This document shows positions 25,901 to 38,664 of a DNA stretch of 64,000 nt, piece by piece. The translations under genes and the position numbers were made by a program. The notes beneath the pieces are model-generated. The model was given only the letters and a program-made list of their open reading frames with translations. It searched no databases and was not told the DNA's origin. How positions within the stretch are numbered: position 1 is the stretch's first letter; the number at the start of each line of letters is the position of its first letter. Where the stretch lies: contig CM060732.1 in assembly GCA_030704615.1 (NCBI GenBank), positions 9,920,001-9,984,000 on the forward strand. The letters run 5' to 3'. This stretch comes from Takakia lepidozioides. Lineage: Eukaryota; Plantae; Bryophyta.

Positions 25901-26760
25901 CTAGTGCAAGATGATTGTGGTTTCATGTGCGTCAATGCAGATAGGCTCAACGCTACTCATCGTCCCTCCGATGAGCCTTATTCACGGCCTTCAAACATGG
26001 AGCAAGTTTTCTTCTCCGATGACAAAACAAGAGGGGGGAATTGGAAGGTGGTTGTGCATGCTCAGCCAAAAGGAAGACGTATCTATCATGGTCTCGGATC
26101 TCTATGGGGTGAGGCAATTGCGGTCCCTGTTCCAATCTGTCAGAGAGTCATTCATACTTAGGATGATAAAAGGGAACAGTACAATGCATTGGAAAAACCG
26201 ACACCAGGCAAGTGAACAAGAACGTCCACTGGACAGCCGAGGTTCACCAAACTCAATTAAAATATTTTATGTCCCAATGCAGCGGCATGCAACTCGTGAT
26301 TGCTAAGGAACTTCTGCAACCTATAATCAAAGTCTCTAAGAAATTTGACCGCTAGGTCGTCCTCGAAGAAATCCTTCGTAATGCCAAAAGGATGTAGCTC
26401 GTTGAATGGCATGATATCCATCCCCGATAACCGGAACATGTTAAGGTGAGGCTTGAGCTCTTCCAGTAGAAGGACGGAGAGACTGGTCATAATGATGTTG
26501 ATGATGGAGGTTGGGTAGAGGGGGTAGAAGAGGATGATGACGCCCCAGACAATGTATCCTGGACCCTATATGATGAAGCTCTGGAAGATACGGATGTTGG
26601 AGAAGGAGACGAAGACACGGCCATTGACAATGAGGTGGAGGATGATTCGGAGGTGCCTTTTGAGGGTCGGGGCATTTATGACGATGACTCCGATGACCAA
26701 GAAGACTTGCAGCTTGATGAGGATGAAGAGGCTCCGGATGATGATGTTCAAGTTGATTAG
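19968..26760 (+). pseudogene. Spliced En/Spm TnpD/Tnp2-type transposase (Transposase_21, DUF4218- and DUF4216-like regions), inactivated
   Basis: Exons ~19968-20600, 20873-21209, 23658-23798, ~23980-24307, 24439-~26100 plus acidic tail; motifs HACP..C..C, SDGVNPF..STWPV, DTYLRPLVDELKELW, DPMHIEKNV, GLKSHDYH, MYFLER; frameshift ~24590, TAG 25046-25048. Confidence 0.93.
21298..23565. mobile_element. Non-autonomous TIR element with TGT..ACA ends and 4-bp TSD (Ginger/GingerRoot-like)
   Basis: Termini TGTAGTGTGAAAAGAAGGGGG and CCCCCTTGCATTCACACTACA; TGAC at 21294-21297 and 23566-23569; lies in transposase intron 21210-23657. Confidence 0.8.
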
Positions 26761-27109
26761 ACACAAAATCAAAGCTACATAACAATTCTCGCACCGAACT
26801 GGACCCATCCCTTCGATTGATTGTACATGTACATGCATATTGTACTTTATTTCTATGATTGATCAAATATGGTTGTCACTGGTAGTCTTTCAAGAAAGAA
26901 GGCAGAGGCAATGAATATGTTGGAGCAACACATACAGATGTGGTATCAAGAGAATTATCAAAATGAATGTCACAATCTACAAGAAGGTCCACAACAACAA
27001 GCTAACCCATAAAGAAAAACAAACACCCTACCCCAATACCATATGGGAAAAAAAAAAAAAAAACTAAGAACCCCCAAAGGCCCTAAACCTAAACCTAGAA
27101 AGCCCTGCC

Positions 27110-27658
27110 GTTGCTGCCTGCGACCCCCACGCGTTGCCACCTGCGACGCGGTTTTTAAGATTTATGAGGCCGGGGGTCGCAAACGGCGACGGCAGCCGTC
27201 GTAAACTGTGACCTATTTTTTGGTTTTCCAAGAATAGGGCAGTCGGGCAGTTTGCGACGCCCGGCCGTCGCAGGGGCCTTTTGCCCTTCATGCCACGACG
27301 CGACGGCCTGGCGTCGCAAGAAAGGGCTGTGATGAAAGAAAGGGCAAGAAAGAGTTTTTTTGTTTCGGCGTGTGACGACCGGCCGTCGCCAGAGAGGGCT
27401 GCCTTCTGCCCTTTGCTGGAGGGCGACGCTTGGGCGTCGCACGGAGGGGCTGCCATTTGCCCTTCATCACTCCGTGCGGCGGCCAGGCGTCGCCGCCTAG
27501 CCCCGGCGCCAGGTTGCGACCCGCGGGGTTTGGCTGCGACGCCCCGGCGTCGCAAACACGCTCCGCGGGGTTGGCATCGCACGCTCGGCGCCGCGCAGGG
27601 TGTGGGGGCACGGCTGGCGTCGCAAACCCCCCCCCCCCCCCCCCCCTTTGCTGTAGTG
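27110..27658. repeat. CACTA right subterminal repeats and TIR
   Basis: GCGACG/CGTCGC arrays ending CTGTAGTG. Confidence 0.88.
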
Positions 27659-27661
27659 TAT

Positions 27662-30600
27662 GGACACACCTCAACACACTGCCCATTTTTATCAAGAAAG
27701 GGAAGAGAGGACATTAAAATCAGTGAAGTACCTGCCACGATTGGAACCATCGGACAAGAGATTGCAGGATGGACAGTAACGGAAGAAACTCAATTGATTC
27801 AAGTGAATCTGGGAACAGTGGAAGAACCAAAGATAATACGAATAAGTGCAGGTCTTGAAGAATCATTTCTACAAGAAACCACTGCATTATTCACGGAATA
27901 CAAGGATGCATTTGCCTGGAACTACAAAGATTTGAAGGGTATACCTTCTAACATCTGTCAGCACTGAATTGAATTGGAAATTGACACAAAACCAATTCGT
28001 CAGAACCGTTACAGAATGAACCCCAACTATGCAGCTAAAGTTTGGGAAGAAATCAAGAAATTACTGGATGCAGGATTCATATACCCAGGAGAGACACCAC
28101 AATAGTTATCAACCATTGTGATAGTACCCAAGAAAAATGGAAAATTACGAGTATGTGTGGACTACCGCAAGTTAAACACAGGAACCAAGAAAGACCCCTT
28201 ACCACTACCCTTCACTGAAATAGTGTTGGACACAGTGGCAGGACATGAGATGTACTCATTCATGGATGGGTTTAGTGGGTACAACTAGGTGCAGATGGCG
28301 GAAGAAGACCGAGAAAAGACCGCATTCATCACTGAATGGGGAGCCTATGCTTACAAAGTCATGCCATTTGGACTTTGCAACGCACCAGCCATGTTTCAGC
28401 GAGCAGTATCTGAAATATTCAAGAATTATCTCAACGATTTTATGCAGGTATTTTTGGATGATTTCAGTGTCTTCGGACATAAATCCAAAGACTTGGCATA
28501 GTTAAAACTTTGCCTACAAGCCTGCAGAAACAATGGAGTAAGTCTCAATCCGGAAAAATGTACATCTCCAGATGGATCCTATCGAGGAAGTGAATGAAGG
28601 GTTGAAGGAAGTGAAACAAGAGTTGAAGGATGTGAAAGATCGAGTGGTGCGAGTGGGAGTGGACTTGGAGAATGTGGGAATGGCTCTGACTAATATAGGA
28701 AATTAGCAGGCTTGGAAGCTGACTACAAGAGTCAAGAGGTTAAAGCTTCACGCTGAGAGGGAGTTACTTATGAAGAAACGAATAAAAAGAGAGTCTTCTC
28801 ACGGAACTCCATGACTTGAAGAAACATTTGTAGAGGCAAGCGACAGCACAAGGGTCACAAGGGTTGGAGGAGAAGATAGAAACGGGGTTCAATTTGGTTA
28901 ATGATAGACTTGATAAGGTGACTGACATGGTTCATAAGGATAAGGGTTTCACACACATGGTTTTTAGGAGTCAATTTGCGCCTACCAAAACGATTTCAAG
29001 TCTGGGCAAGAATGTGAAGGCGACTGCTTGTCATGCGTATGGGGTGGATTCCACTAGCGACAACACATGTTGCTTTGTGATAGGTTAGTACCCCATTGAT
29101 TACTATTGTTGACTATATTTTCTTGTGGCTAGGATACTATTCAATTGTTCACTGTGAATTGAATGAACGTGCATTTTGTGTAAATTCAGGATTATTGTTA
29201 GGACAAATTGTGTGCCAACAGGGAATTTTGGTGGATCCAAAGAAAATGGAGGTTATCCAGAAAATACCACCAGAAAATCCCAAGAAACTCAAGAGATTTC
29301 TGGGACATACAAGCTATTACAGAAGGTACATGGACAAATATGCTCATAGAGCGGCATCAGTCTATAGACTGCTGAAGCAAGATGCCGAATACCGATGGTC
29401 TCCAGCTTGTCAGGAATCATTTGATTCACTAAAAAGGGCATTCACAGTAGCACCAATTTTGATGAATCCAAGATGGGATTTACCATTTCATGTACACAGT
29501 GATGCATCAGGCATTGCTTTGGGGGCAGTTCTAGCTCAGAATGTGACGGGCACAATAGATTCACCAATTTATTATGCAAACAAATTGTTGACAATAGCCG
29601 AGAAGAACTATAGCACCACAGAACGGGAAGCATTGGCAATGATTTATGTTGTTCAAAAGTTTCGGCATTATTTACTTGGCAATCGCTTTAAGTTTATTGT
29701 TGATCATCAGGCTCTAGTTCATTTAGCAAATCGACCACTAGCTAGTGGCAGGGTTGCTCGATGGCTATTACTTCTTCATGAATATGATTTTGAAGTTGTT
29801 CATAAACTAGGAAGATTACATGTTACAACAGATCATCTGTCAAGGATTACTACAGAGAACCAGCCACGGGGGTAGAAGATCAACTTCCCGACGCATTTCT
29901 GTTTGTTGTTCGACCAGAAGCACAAGATGAAGAGACAGATCCTCTAGACGCTCTGGGAGTGTTTCAAGGAGACTATGACCTTCCAGATGCTCTTAAACTC
30001 ATGGATGACACTGATGAAGAAGAGGACTCATCAGATGAAGATGAACCTCTTGATGAAGGACCTATTATTGAGGAAGAGCCAGATCCAGAAGAAGGAGATG
30101 ACAAGGAAAACGAAGAAACGGACAATCAAGAATTGGTCAATATCAGTATTGGAGCTTATGCAGTTACCAAGGAAGAATTAGAAGACATTCAGAATCAAGA
30201 TCAAGATGATTGGCAATGGCCAATCAAATACTATCTGAACATAGGGAAATTTCCTGAAGACTACACCAAATATGACAGGAGAAAGCTTTCAATGAAAAAC
30301 AAGCCATACACAGTAATCAAGGGGATTCTGTACAAAAGAGGAATTGACTCCATAATGAGAAGATGTGTAAACAAAGAACAAGCCAAAACAGTGATGCAAG
30401 AGCTACACGAAGGAATTGCAGGAGGACACTTCAGTTCGGACCTGACAGCAAAGAAGATATTATTAGCAGGTTACTGGTGGCGTACTGTATTTGGAGACAC
30501 TTATGAACACTGTCAACAGTGTGATGTTTGCCAGAGGATGGGACCAGTAGAACGAACTAGGAAGGGTACTATGCACCCAATACTACCAACAGAACCATTT

Positions 30601-31770
30601 CAACGCTGGGGGCTAGACTTCGTGGGGCCCACTAAACCTCCAGCAAGGTACACACAGAACCAATATATCCTCACAGCCACTGACTACACTACCAAATGGG
30701 TAGAGGCCAAGGCACTAAGAGACAACACTGCCAGATCGACAGCCAAATTCTTATATGAAAACATCATCACATGATTTGGTTGCCCACTAGAATTCGTCAG
30801 TGATCAAGGATCACATTTTATAAATGATGCCATAAAATGCTTGACGGAGGAGTTCATGATTGTACATCACAAGAGTACTGCTTACTATCCCCAAGGAAAT
30901 GGCCAGGCGAATCTACCAACAAAACATTATCTTAACCAAGATAGTAAATGCCAATCGTACAGATTGGGACACCAAAATGAACAAAACACTATGGGCATTC
31001 AGGACATCATACAAGGTGACCACGAAACATACACCATTTCAACTGGTGTATGGAGCAGAGGCACTATTACCCATTGAATGTATGATACCCTACGAACCGG
31101 AACTCATGAACGATGGGGTTTAGAGGAATCTCTACGAATCAGGGAATATGAGTTATTTCATTTGGAAGAAGTTCGGGCAGACGCCGCAGACAACATGGCA
31201 CGAATTCAATAACAACGAAGAAAAAGAATATCCGAAGGGAAAGAAAAATCTTTCCAGGACGGGGACATTGTTTTATGGTTACCAAAAATCAAAAAGATCA
31301 AACTGGGCGGAAAATGGAAAATGCCATGGATGGGACCATTTCAAATAAAAAAGGTACATGACAATGGAACTGTTGATTTGCAGACCTTGGAACAAAAATT
31401 CGTGGGACGAATTAATATTAACAAGTTAAAAGGCTACCAAGGAATACATGACAAAGCCCTTATATATGACTTATACGCCAATGAGGAAGATCAAACTACA
31501 GATGAGGAGCGTGAAACCGCCAGTGCATACTACATTCATCACAACACGATGAATCAGCATGTACTAAGACAGGTGGCAACACAAATTCAGGGTACCACTA
31601 CAGCTAGACCACCATTCATCTGGAGGACAACATTACCACCCCGTATACCGTATGGTGAACCGTGGCCAGCACATATGCCCTACAGAACCGTGAACGAATA
31701 CGAAGCAGCCAACGAGTCACTGCTTGTGTTAAACTCCGAGATATACGCTCGAGATTACCCACCGTGGTAA
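27662..31770 (+). pseudogene. pol: pol of element A (RT, RNase H, integrase), many stops
   Basis: [55 protein letters not shown]. Confidence 0.95.
28566..29168 (+). other. 603 bp foreign insertion in RT
   Basis: Splits NPEKC|AFCVNSG; flanked by GTACAT/GTGCAT; ends in TGAA-type repeats; encodes a coiled-coil fragment. Confidence 0.75.
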
Positions 31771-32364
31771 TCATACACCACTAACCATCAATCATAACAC
31801 GGAAGAAGAACGACGGCGCAATCCAACGGATTGCCAAAAGACGGCGGATGATAAGGGCAAAGCCATTAAACCAAATTGCAAGTATTGCGCACACGCCGCC
31901 CATCTAAAAACAAACCACATACCAAAATGGATGAACACATCCAAGATGGATGAACATAAACTGACCGAAACCAGACAATCATCAACAACCATCAGTTCGA
32001 TCCAAGACAAACCACAAAGAAAACACCAACGGAATAAAATCAGGCACATCCAGAAAAAAGATGAAGTTTACTCAAAACCGTTACCAGAAGCTAAATGCTT
32101 CTTGGTGAGCCTGGGCCCAGCAATTAAAGCTAACTGCGCTTTAAACCTAGGCAGACAGCAGGACATAATTACCTCCCACGAGAACCTTGAGAGAAATTAG
32201 AGAAGAAGCCTACAGAGGAGAACCCCTACTCAAACCCAGAAACGAACTCCTCACCTCCTCTTCCGCAAACTGGAATGTCTACACAACTTCCAGTGTGCTT
32301 CATACTGCTTGTGATACAAGAATTGGTGCTCCAATTCCTTACAACAACAGCAAAACTAAGGGAA

Positions 32365-35300
32365 ATGGTAGGCACCAAGCGGAAGGCATCAAGTTCTTAT
32401 GCGCAAGTGAATCTCAAAATCAGCTCGGCGTTGTGGAAGATCGAGCAGGACATAGAGACATAGGAGACGTTGGATAGTCTTGGCCTGCGATATTTCATCA
32501 CCACGCTAGACTGGAACCTTAAGCACGACGAGCTGTGCAGGGAGTTCTTGGAGAATTACAATACCAGCACTCGAAGCACAAATGTCCGCGACACACAGAT
32601 TCTATTGACGGAGAAGTACTTGGCGGAAGTGTTTCACCTTCCCAGTCTGGACGTACCGGCGCACAGCGGCAAACCTCCAAGGTTTGTACTTGCGGACTTG
32701 TTTGAGAATCTCAACCAAGCCGATCAGGGCTACACATGCAGTCACAGCAAAAACTCCGGCTTTAGGAAGATAGCCCGGTACTTAGCACGTTGCTTTGCCT
32801 CAGGCAAAACCACAGCTACTACACCAAGGAGCTAATCGATCAAGTGTTGATTTGCCTCAATGGGCAAATCGTGAATTGGGCAAGCTTCTTATTGAAGAAG
32901 TTAACCCAAGAATTGACCGGGTTGACAAAGAAGAAGAAGGAAGCGACTGTTACCATGGCTACTCCCTTGATACTCCAAATGATTCGACACACTGTACACT
33001 TGACACCCGAAGAGCAAACGACGTTGGGAATTATGCAGCGGGTAGAAACGATGGATGAAGAAGGAAGTGACACGGCAGCAGATCAAGAAGGAGAAGAGGG
33101 CGGACTTGCAAAGAGAGCCCGGATCAACGAAGCAACCACAAGTGCAGCAGCAGAGGACATCTTCAACTTGACGGCTGATTCCACACTGCAGAGAGAAGGG
33201 GAGAATCAACAGCCAAAAGGAGGGAACCAACCACAGACCAATGAAGCAACACCCATGGAAATTAGCCATGGTAACACCGAAACCCAGCAAACAGCACCCA
33301 CAGAGGCCACACAACCAGGAACAGAGGAGGGAGACATAGTGGCGCAACAACAGCAGATGGTGCAAGAGGCTCACAATCAGCAGCAATAGCAGGTGGTGCA
33401 AGAGGCACCCAGTCAGCAACGACAACAGGTGGTGCAAGAGACACAGAGTCAGCAACAACAAGACAATAATTCCAATTTGGAATTACTACTAGCACAATAC
33501 ATTCTGGATACAACAGCATGGGACACAGGGTTGGAAGAAACGCCACAGAATGTAATTCTGTAGGCAATACAAGCATTGGGTCAAGTAACAGCTTGTATGG
33601 ACAGGGCCAAGGATTACATAAGCCCGGAGAACCTTAGCATGATCTTAGACCACATCAAAGAGAAATATCAGAGGGAATTGGCAACAGCAAGAACAGTATG
33701 TAACTACGAGGTTACAATCGCATCATTGGAAGATCAAAAGACGACCTTACTTTGCCAATACAACACTTTGATACAATGCAGAGATGAGAGGGAACAGAAG
33801 TGGCAAAGACAGAGAGACAAAACACGCCATGTCCAAGCCGACCTCGATGCAGAAAGAGAGCGATCTCGGAAAATGGAGACAAAGGTGGAAATGCTCATAG
33901 GACAGGTCCAGACACTTAAGGACCAGGTGGATACACTCAAGGGGCAGCTAAAAACTGCCAAAGACCAGGGAAGCAAGAACCTTATGCAACACCGTACTGC
34001 TGAGGGAAAGGGAAAATGTTGGCTGTTCACAGCCACCACAGAAAGAGACATTGCCATGGACAATGAACAAGAATGGAAACAACAGCTGGGGAAGTTGACA
34101 CTATAAGCAGGGCTGGACGCAGCAGACGCAGCCTTGGCCAGAGCCTGGTTGGGCGAAAGGAGTGAATTGGAAATGAAGAAACTCAACAGAGCCATGGTAA
34201 GACAAATGAAATGTCAATTGGCAAAGTTGGTGACAGACATTCACGAGGAATTTCTGCCACCAATACCAAAACAAGATGAGCTCATGGACGAAGACGATCA
34301 AGAGGAGCAAGACCATGAACAAGAAGCACCAATACAATCAACAACAACAACACCAGCACAAACACCACCAACAACACAACCACCACAAAGTCAACAGGCA
34401 CTGGTACAGGCCACAACATGGCCATCTACTCAAGAGGTAAACCCCATATCATTACCAAGTGTTTTGGTGGCATCAACTTTGGTAGCAGTGGATGATTTTC
34501 AAATCATGCCATGCAAGCAGGATGGGGAGTGGCTAAAGTATTCAGAGGAATACCTTAAAATGATGGTAGTCCCAGCCCACCCCAGAAATACTATAAAAGA
34601 TATTCAAAACCTTAACCCCCTGCAGATCATTAGGTCATGACTACATAAGATTTATAATTGATCAATTGCATCTGCTCAATCAAACTCTCATACCTTTGAG
34701 ATATAGGATGAGGCCACTGGCTAGGGAGGAGACTTGGTCAGGGGCAGAATTGGTTGAATTTTGGTGCCAGGCTCCCCTGGAGTACAAGGAGCTAGTAGCT
34801 TACATGTGGGCAGTGGGGCAATTGAAGAATAATCCTACCCCGGCAGTAGACATTGTAATGGGCTGCCCAAGTTTCTATATTGGCAGTTACTTGTACCAAA
34901 TGCTCGTGACAATGAGGGGAAGCTGGCATCGCTATGAGAGTATTGAAAAAGATACTCACTGGGAATTACCCAAATTCCAGCCACCAGAGAGAGTCGCAGG
35001 CACTTCAACATATATGAACAGACCACTATATGCTGAAGCATGGCGCCAAGTGAAAGACCACTTTTCACCATTGGTCTTGGACAGAGACCACCCTTTCAGA
35101 GAAACAGGGATGCAAGCTGTTAACTGGTTAATGGGCAGCAGAGCGACTAAAAACATTATACCTTAGACCAAGGAGGAGCTGCAAACCTACCAAGAAACCT
35201 TGACCACCAAAATCGACATGATACGTGGGGACGGAATAGCAGAACACCCTGATGACGAAAGCTGGCCCACTCATGAACCACAGGAGCAACCAGACAGTGA

Positions 35301-35431
35301 TGATAACAGAAACAAGAAGTTGCCACCACGACAATCCTGGGACGCACTTCCTACCCAGTAGACTTCCTACCCAGCCGACGGGCATGCCACCAACCTACAT
35401 CCCCAAGAGATACAACAAGCACAGGAACTGA
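32365..35431 (+). pseudogene. Extra 3' ORF (ORF3) of element A, interrupted
   Basis: Athila-ORF-like N-terminus (LCREFLENY..VRDTQILLT..L..VFHLP), coiled coil, C-terminal domain homologous to B ORF3. Confidence 0.8.
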
Positions 35432-35454
35432 CGAAATTGTGCGGACACAATTTC

Positions 35455-35473
35455 AAAAGAGGGGGGGGGGGGA
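35455..35473 (+). promoter_or_regulatory. Polypurine tract of element A
   Basis: AAAAGA(G)12A, four nt upstream of the TGATAA LTR start. Confidence 0.88.
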
Positions 35474-35477
35474 TAAA

Positions 35478-36346
35478 TGATAATGGCTAAGCTATGAGGG
35501 CTAGACAGCGAGGGTCACGACGGGACATACCGGGTGAGGATTGGTGTACACTACCTGGTTACGAGCAGAAAAGGCTAAGTACGCGGTACTTAGCAAATGG
35601 CGGAACAAGGGTACATTACCACGGGAGCAATAGTGGGTAGTGTAGCAACCGTGGGCCGTGAACCACGATATCACACGGCCACGTTAGCATTGGCTTTTAC
35701 TAATAGAGGAAGTAGTGGACCGTTTACCACTACAGCACATGACCACTACAACGAGCCACTTTTTTAGCAAACCCTTTAGGTTGCGTAGGCAGTTAGGCAA
35801 ACGGTCATTAACGACTGCAGGCTAACGGCTCTTTCGAGCATAGTATAAAAAGGCTGCACGCAACTGAGAAGGTATCAGTGATTAGTGTGTATTCAATAGA
35901 CTCAGAGTGATTCGATGTGTACTTCTGCGATGATGTGATGAACTCTGAAGTAAAGCCATGCTATTCAAAGTATCTATGTGTAGAGTGAACGTGAGATGGA
36001 GAGAATGTACATTATGAGAGAACGTGAGATGGTGAGAATGTGTATCATCTCAAAATAGTTCTTGCTTTGTCTTGACTACCATCTGATTGTATGAACAAAG
36101 AGGCTTCAGTCTTTTCGACTAAGATCTTTTAAGCCAAAGGGGCTGTAGGTTGGGCTTAATCAATAGGATTAAGCAACCTGTAGAGATATTGATTCATACG
36201 ACGTCCATGGTTTAGCTATCCTTAAAACGATTACTTTGTAATCGTTTCTGAAAGCATACCGTCAGACAACCTCTGTTGCATGTCTTGGGGAATGGGCGAT
36301 AGTGCTGATAACATGTTTTGTCTAAGTCATAAACCAGCGGTTAACA
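35478..36346 (+). repeat. 3' LTR of element A (869 bp)
   Basis: TGATAA...TTAACA termini; matches the 5' LTR from 35673. Confidence 0.92.
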
Positions 36347-36724
36347 GCGCACCTCACTTTGATAAGCTCCCCTTCACGTCATAGTTATTCGCTTTGATGC
36401 GCGCGCCTAACTCCCAAACTGGCCGCCGGGCCAACTCGGAGCTTCGGCTGCTTACCAGTTGTTGGCAGTCCAAAACAGCTCCCCCACACCTTGGTCGCTT
36501 TCCGGCTCGCACGCTTACTCACTGGTTTTTGGTCACCAACGGGCTTGCACCATTCTCGGGGTTACTACTCCCTATATATATATATTTATGTGACTGTCCG
36601 CGGGGGTTTCACAAACAACACCGTCTTTTTATGGCGAACCACCACGAAGACCCTTGACTCCCGGTGATGAGTCGCGGTGAGTCTTGGCCCACCCACCACG
36701 GCCCCAATGGACCGTGATGAGTCC
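36347..36724. repeat. Right arm of long inverted repeat
   Basis: Reverse complement of 666-1108. Confidence 0.92.
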
Positions 36725-38664
36725 CAAGATTCCCCACGACTCCCACCACAAGGTCTCCACCCCATGGTGAGTCCTATGCCACCCCCACTAAGACCCACTA
36801 AGCTACCACCACCCCTCGTGGAACCACCCCCACGGCAACCCGGTCGGGGCTCCACCTAGTGAGCGCCTCCGCCTCCTTGAGTGCCTTGGGCACTCAAGGG
36901 TGCTTCAGCCCGCGTATCTATTGTTGCTACTGCCCCCACCACAAGGGCAGCCCCTCTTGTGTCCCGACCCCCTGCCCTCAAGGCAAAGGGCCGCGACACA
37001 CACCCTAGTTTAGAAAATGTCTTGTTCAATATGCCCGATGAGAAGGCAAATGCGTGGGAGCTCAAACCTCTCATTGAACTTTGACAGTCACAACATTGTT
37101 TATGATCTTTAGAATCTATCTATGCACACTGAAATCCATGCCTACATCCTTATATAACTGCTGTTCTCTGTTTTTACAACTTACCCTAGCTTTCATTTGA
37201 AATTATTCATGCTTGACTACACATGTTGTTTGGCAGGGTTGTCCTTCTTCATAACAGCGGTCTCTATCGCAATCCTGCTAAGGTCACACTCTAGTGGCAA
37301 ACAAGCAAGATGACATGCAAGTACCACAATCTTGGTTTGTAGCAGCAGCTCCTGCAACAAGCTTAGGCATGACTGTATCTTTCATAGTCCAGAACCTGCA
37401 CTTCTATTGGTGGATTAGAGTCAGCAGCACCTTGCCAAGCGGCCAGTCACTTCTCTCTTACTTCTCAATTTCCCCAATGCAACGCCATAGTTCTTGTTAT
37501 GGATAGGAGTGCTTCTTGAGACCTGTTGGCACTTGTATGGGCTGATGGGTGAAAGGTTTCAGCTATAGTGTAATTCTAGTAATTTCTAGCTTATACTATA
37601 GCTTATAGGTTCCAGGTTTCAGCTATTGTGAGAGAGTTGTTGATGGGCTCATGTCAGCAACAATTCAATGTTGACCAAGAAAAGCTTGAGTCCTCCATCA
37701 GTCTCTCTCTTGTTTCTGGTTCTTTTGGTACATTTTAATTCAGGCATGTTCTGTAAGTAGTTTGTACAACTTCGTAGCATGAAGCTGTAGAAAGGTCCTT
37801 CGTGTAGAAATGTGTATGTTGTAGTTGTGATGTTATGGACCTGGATAGAGAGATATGGATGTGTGACTTGGGGAGGAAGGGCTGTAGGTGACATTTATTC
37901 CAGAGAGGAGAAACCTCCGTCAGCCTTCCATCACTCATGGGAGCTTGGGGGCATAACATACACGTTGTATTCATATAGCTTCGTAGACTTCTCGCCAGGT
38001 TGGCTCTAAATTAGGGCCTGCCGTTCATGAAGCAATTTTGATTAGATGTGGACCATGGAGAACATGTGGAAGTGCTGTCAAATGTTTCTTGCATGTCTCC
38101 TTGTCACTAAATTATCTTATTTTCCATTCATAACCCCACATTTTCCACCTCCTGTAAGTATGACATGTAAGGTAATCTTAGCTGAATTGTTGCTTGTTTG
38201 TTAGGACTTGAAATAGGGAAGGCCACATCTAAATAGGGAAGGCCACACCTGTGTCACAATTAATATTTCACTTTTCATACACAATAACTCTTTGTGTGAT
38301 TCTCCAAACTTGGTGGGCACATGGGGGGTAATTAGTAGTGAATTGAGCATTCTTGTGTATTTTAGGTATCATAGCATAGTAAGGACATTCACCCGAGCTG
38401 TGTGTGTGTGTGTGTGGTGGCACATGTTGGACACCAGATATGAACCGGTCATAGATTTGTTCTAAACTCCTCACCCCTTGCCAAAATGAGGTTGGAAGAT
38501 CGTGTGTGCAACAGCAGTCCACGTTGAATTTCAGAGGGACAAACATTTCAGAGATACTACTTACACTTCGAGTCAAATCATACATCTCCGGTGCTAAGAC
38601 ATAGCTTACTAATTGTGGGTTATGTGGGAGGGGTGGTTAGGCAGGTCAAGGACACTGTCACAAC

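Larger units (their letters stand above)
4566..27658 (+). mobile_element. 23 kb CACTA (En/Spm) transposon, composite and cargo-carrying
   Basis: Left CACTACAGGAAAAGGGGGG, right CCCCCCTTTGCTGTAGTG; 3-bp TSD TAT at 4563-4565 and 27659-27661; GCGACG/CGTCGC subterminal repeats; Tnp2-type transposase. Confidence 0.95.
1110..36346 (+). mobile_element. Ty3/gypsy LTR retrotransposon A (non-chromovirus, Athila/Tat-related), defective, with nested CACTA
   Basis: Two LTRs, PBS, PPT, gag with CCHC knuckles, RT-RH-INT order, GPF motif without chromodomain, extra 3' ORF, flanking GCGCA/GCGCA. Confidence 0.93.

Noticed and set aside
666-36724. Arms as TIRs of a giant MULE or cargo transposon
   Set aside because: No outer TSD found, and the inner ends rejoin into a perfect palindrome around a 5-bp duplication
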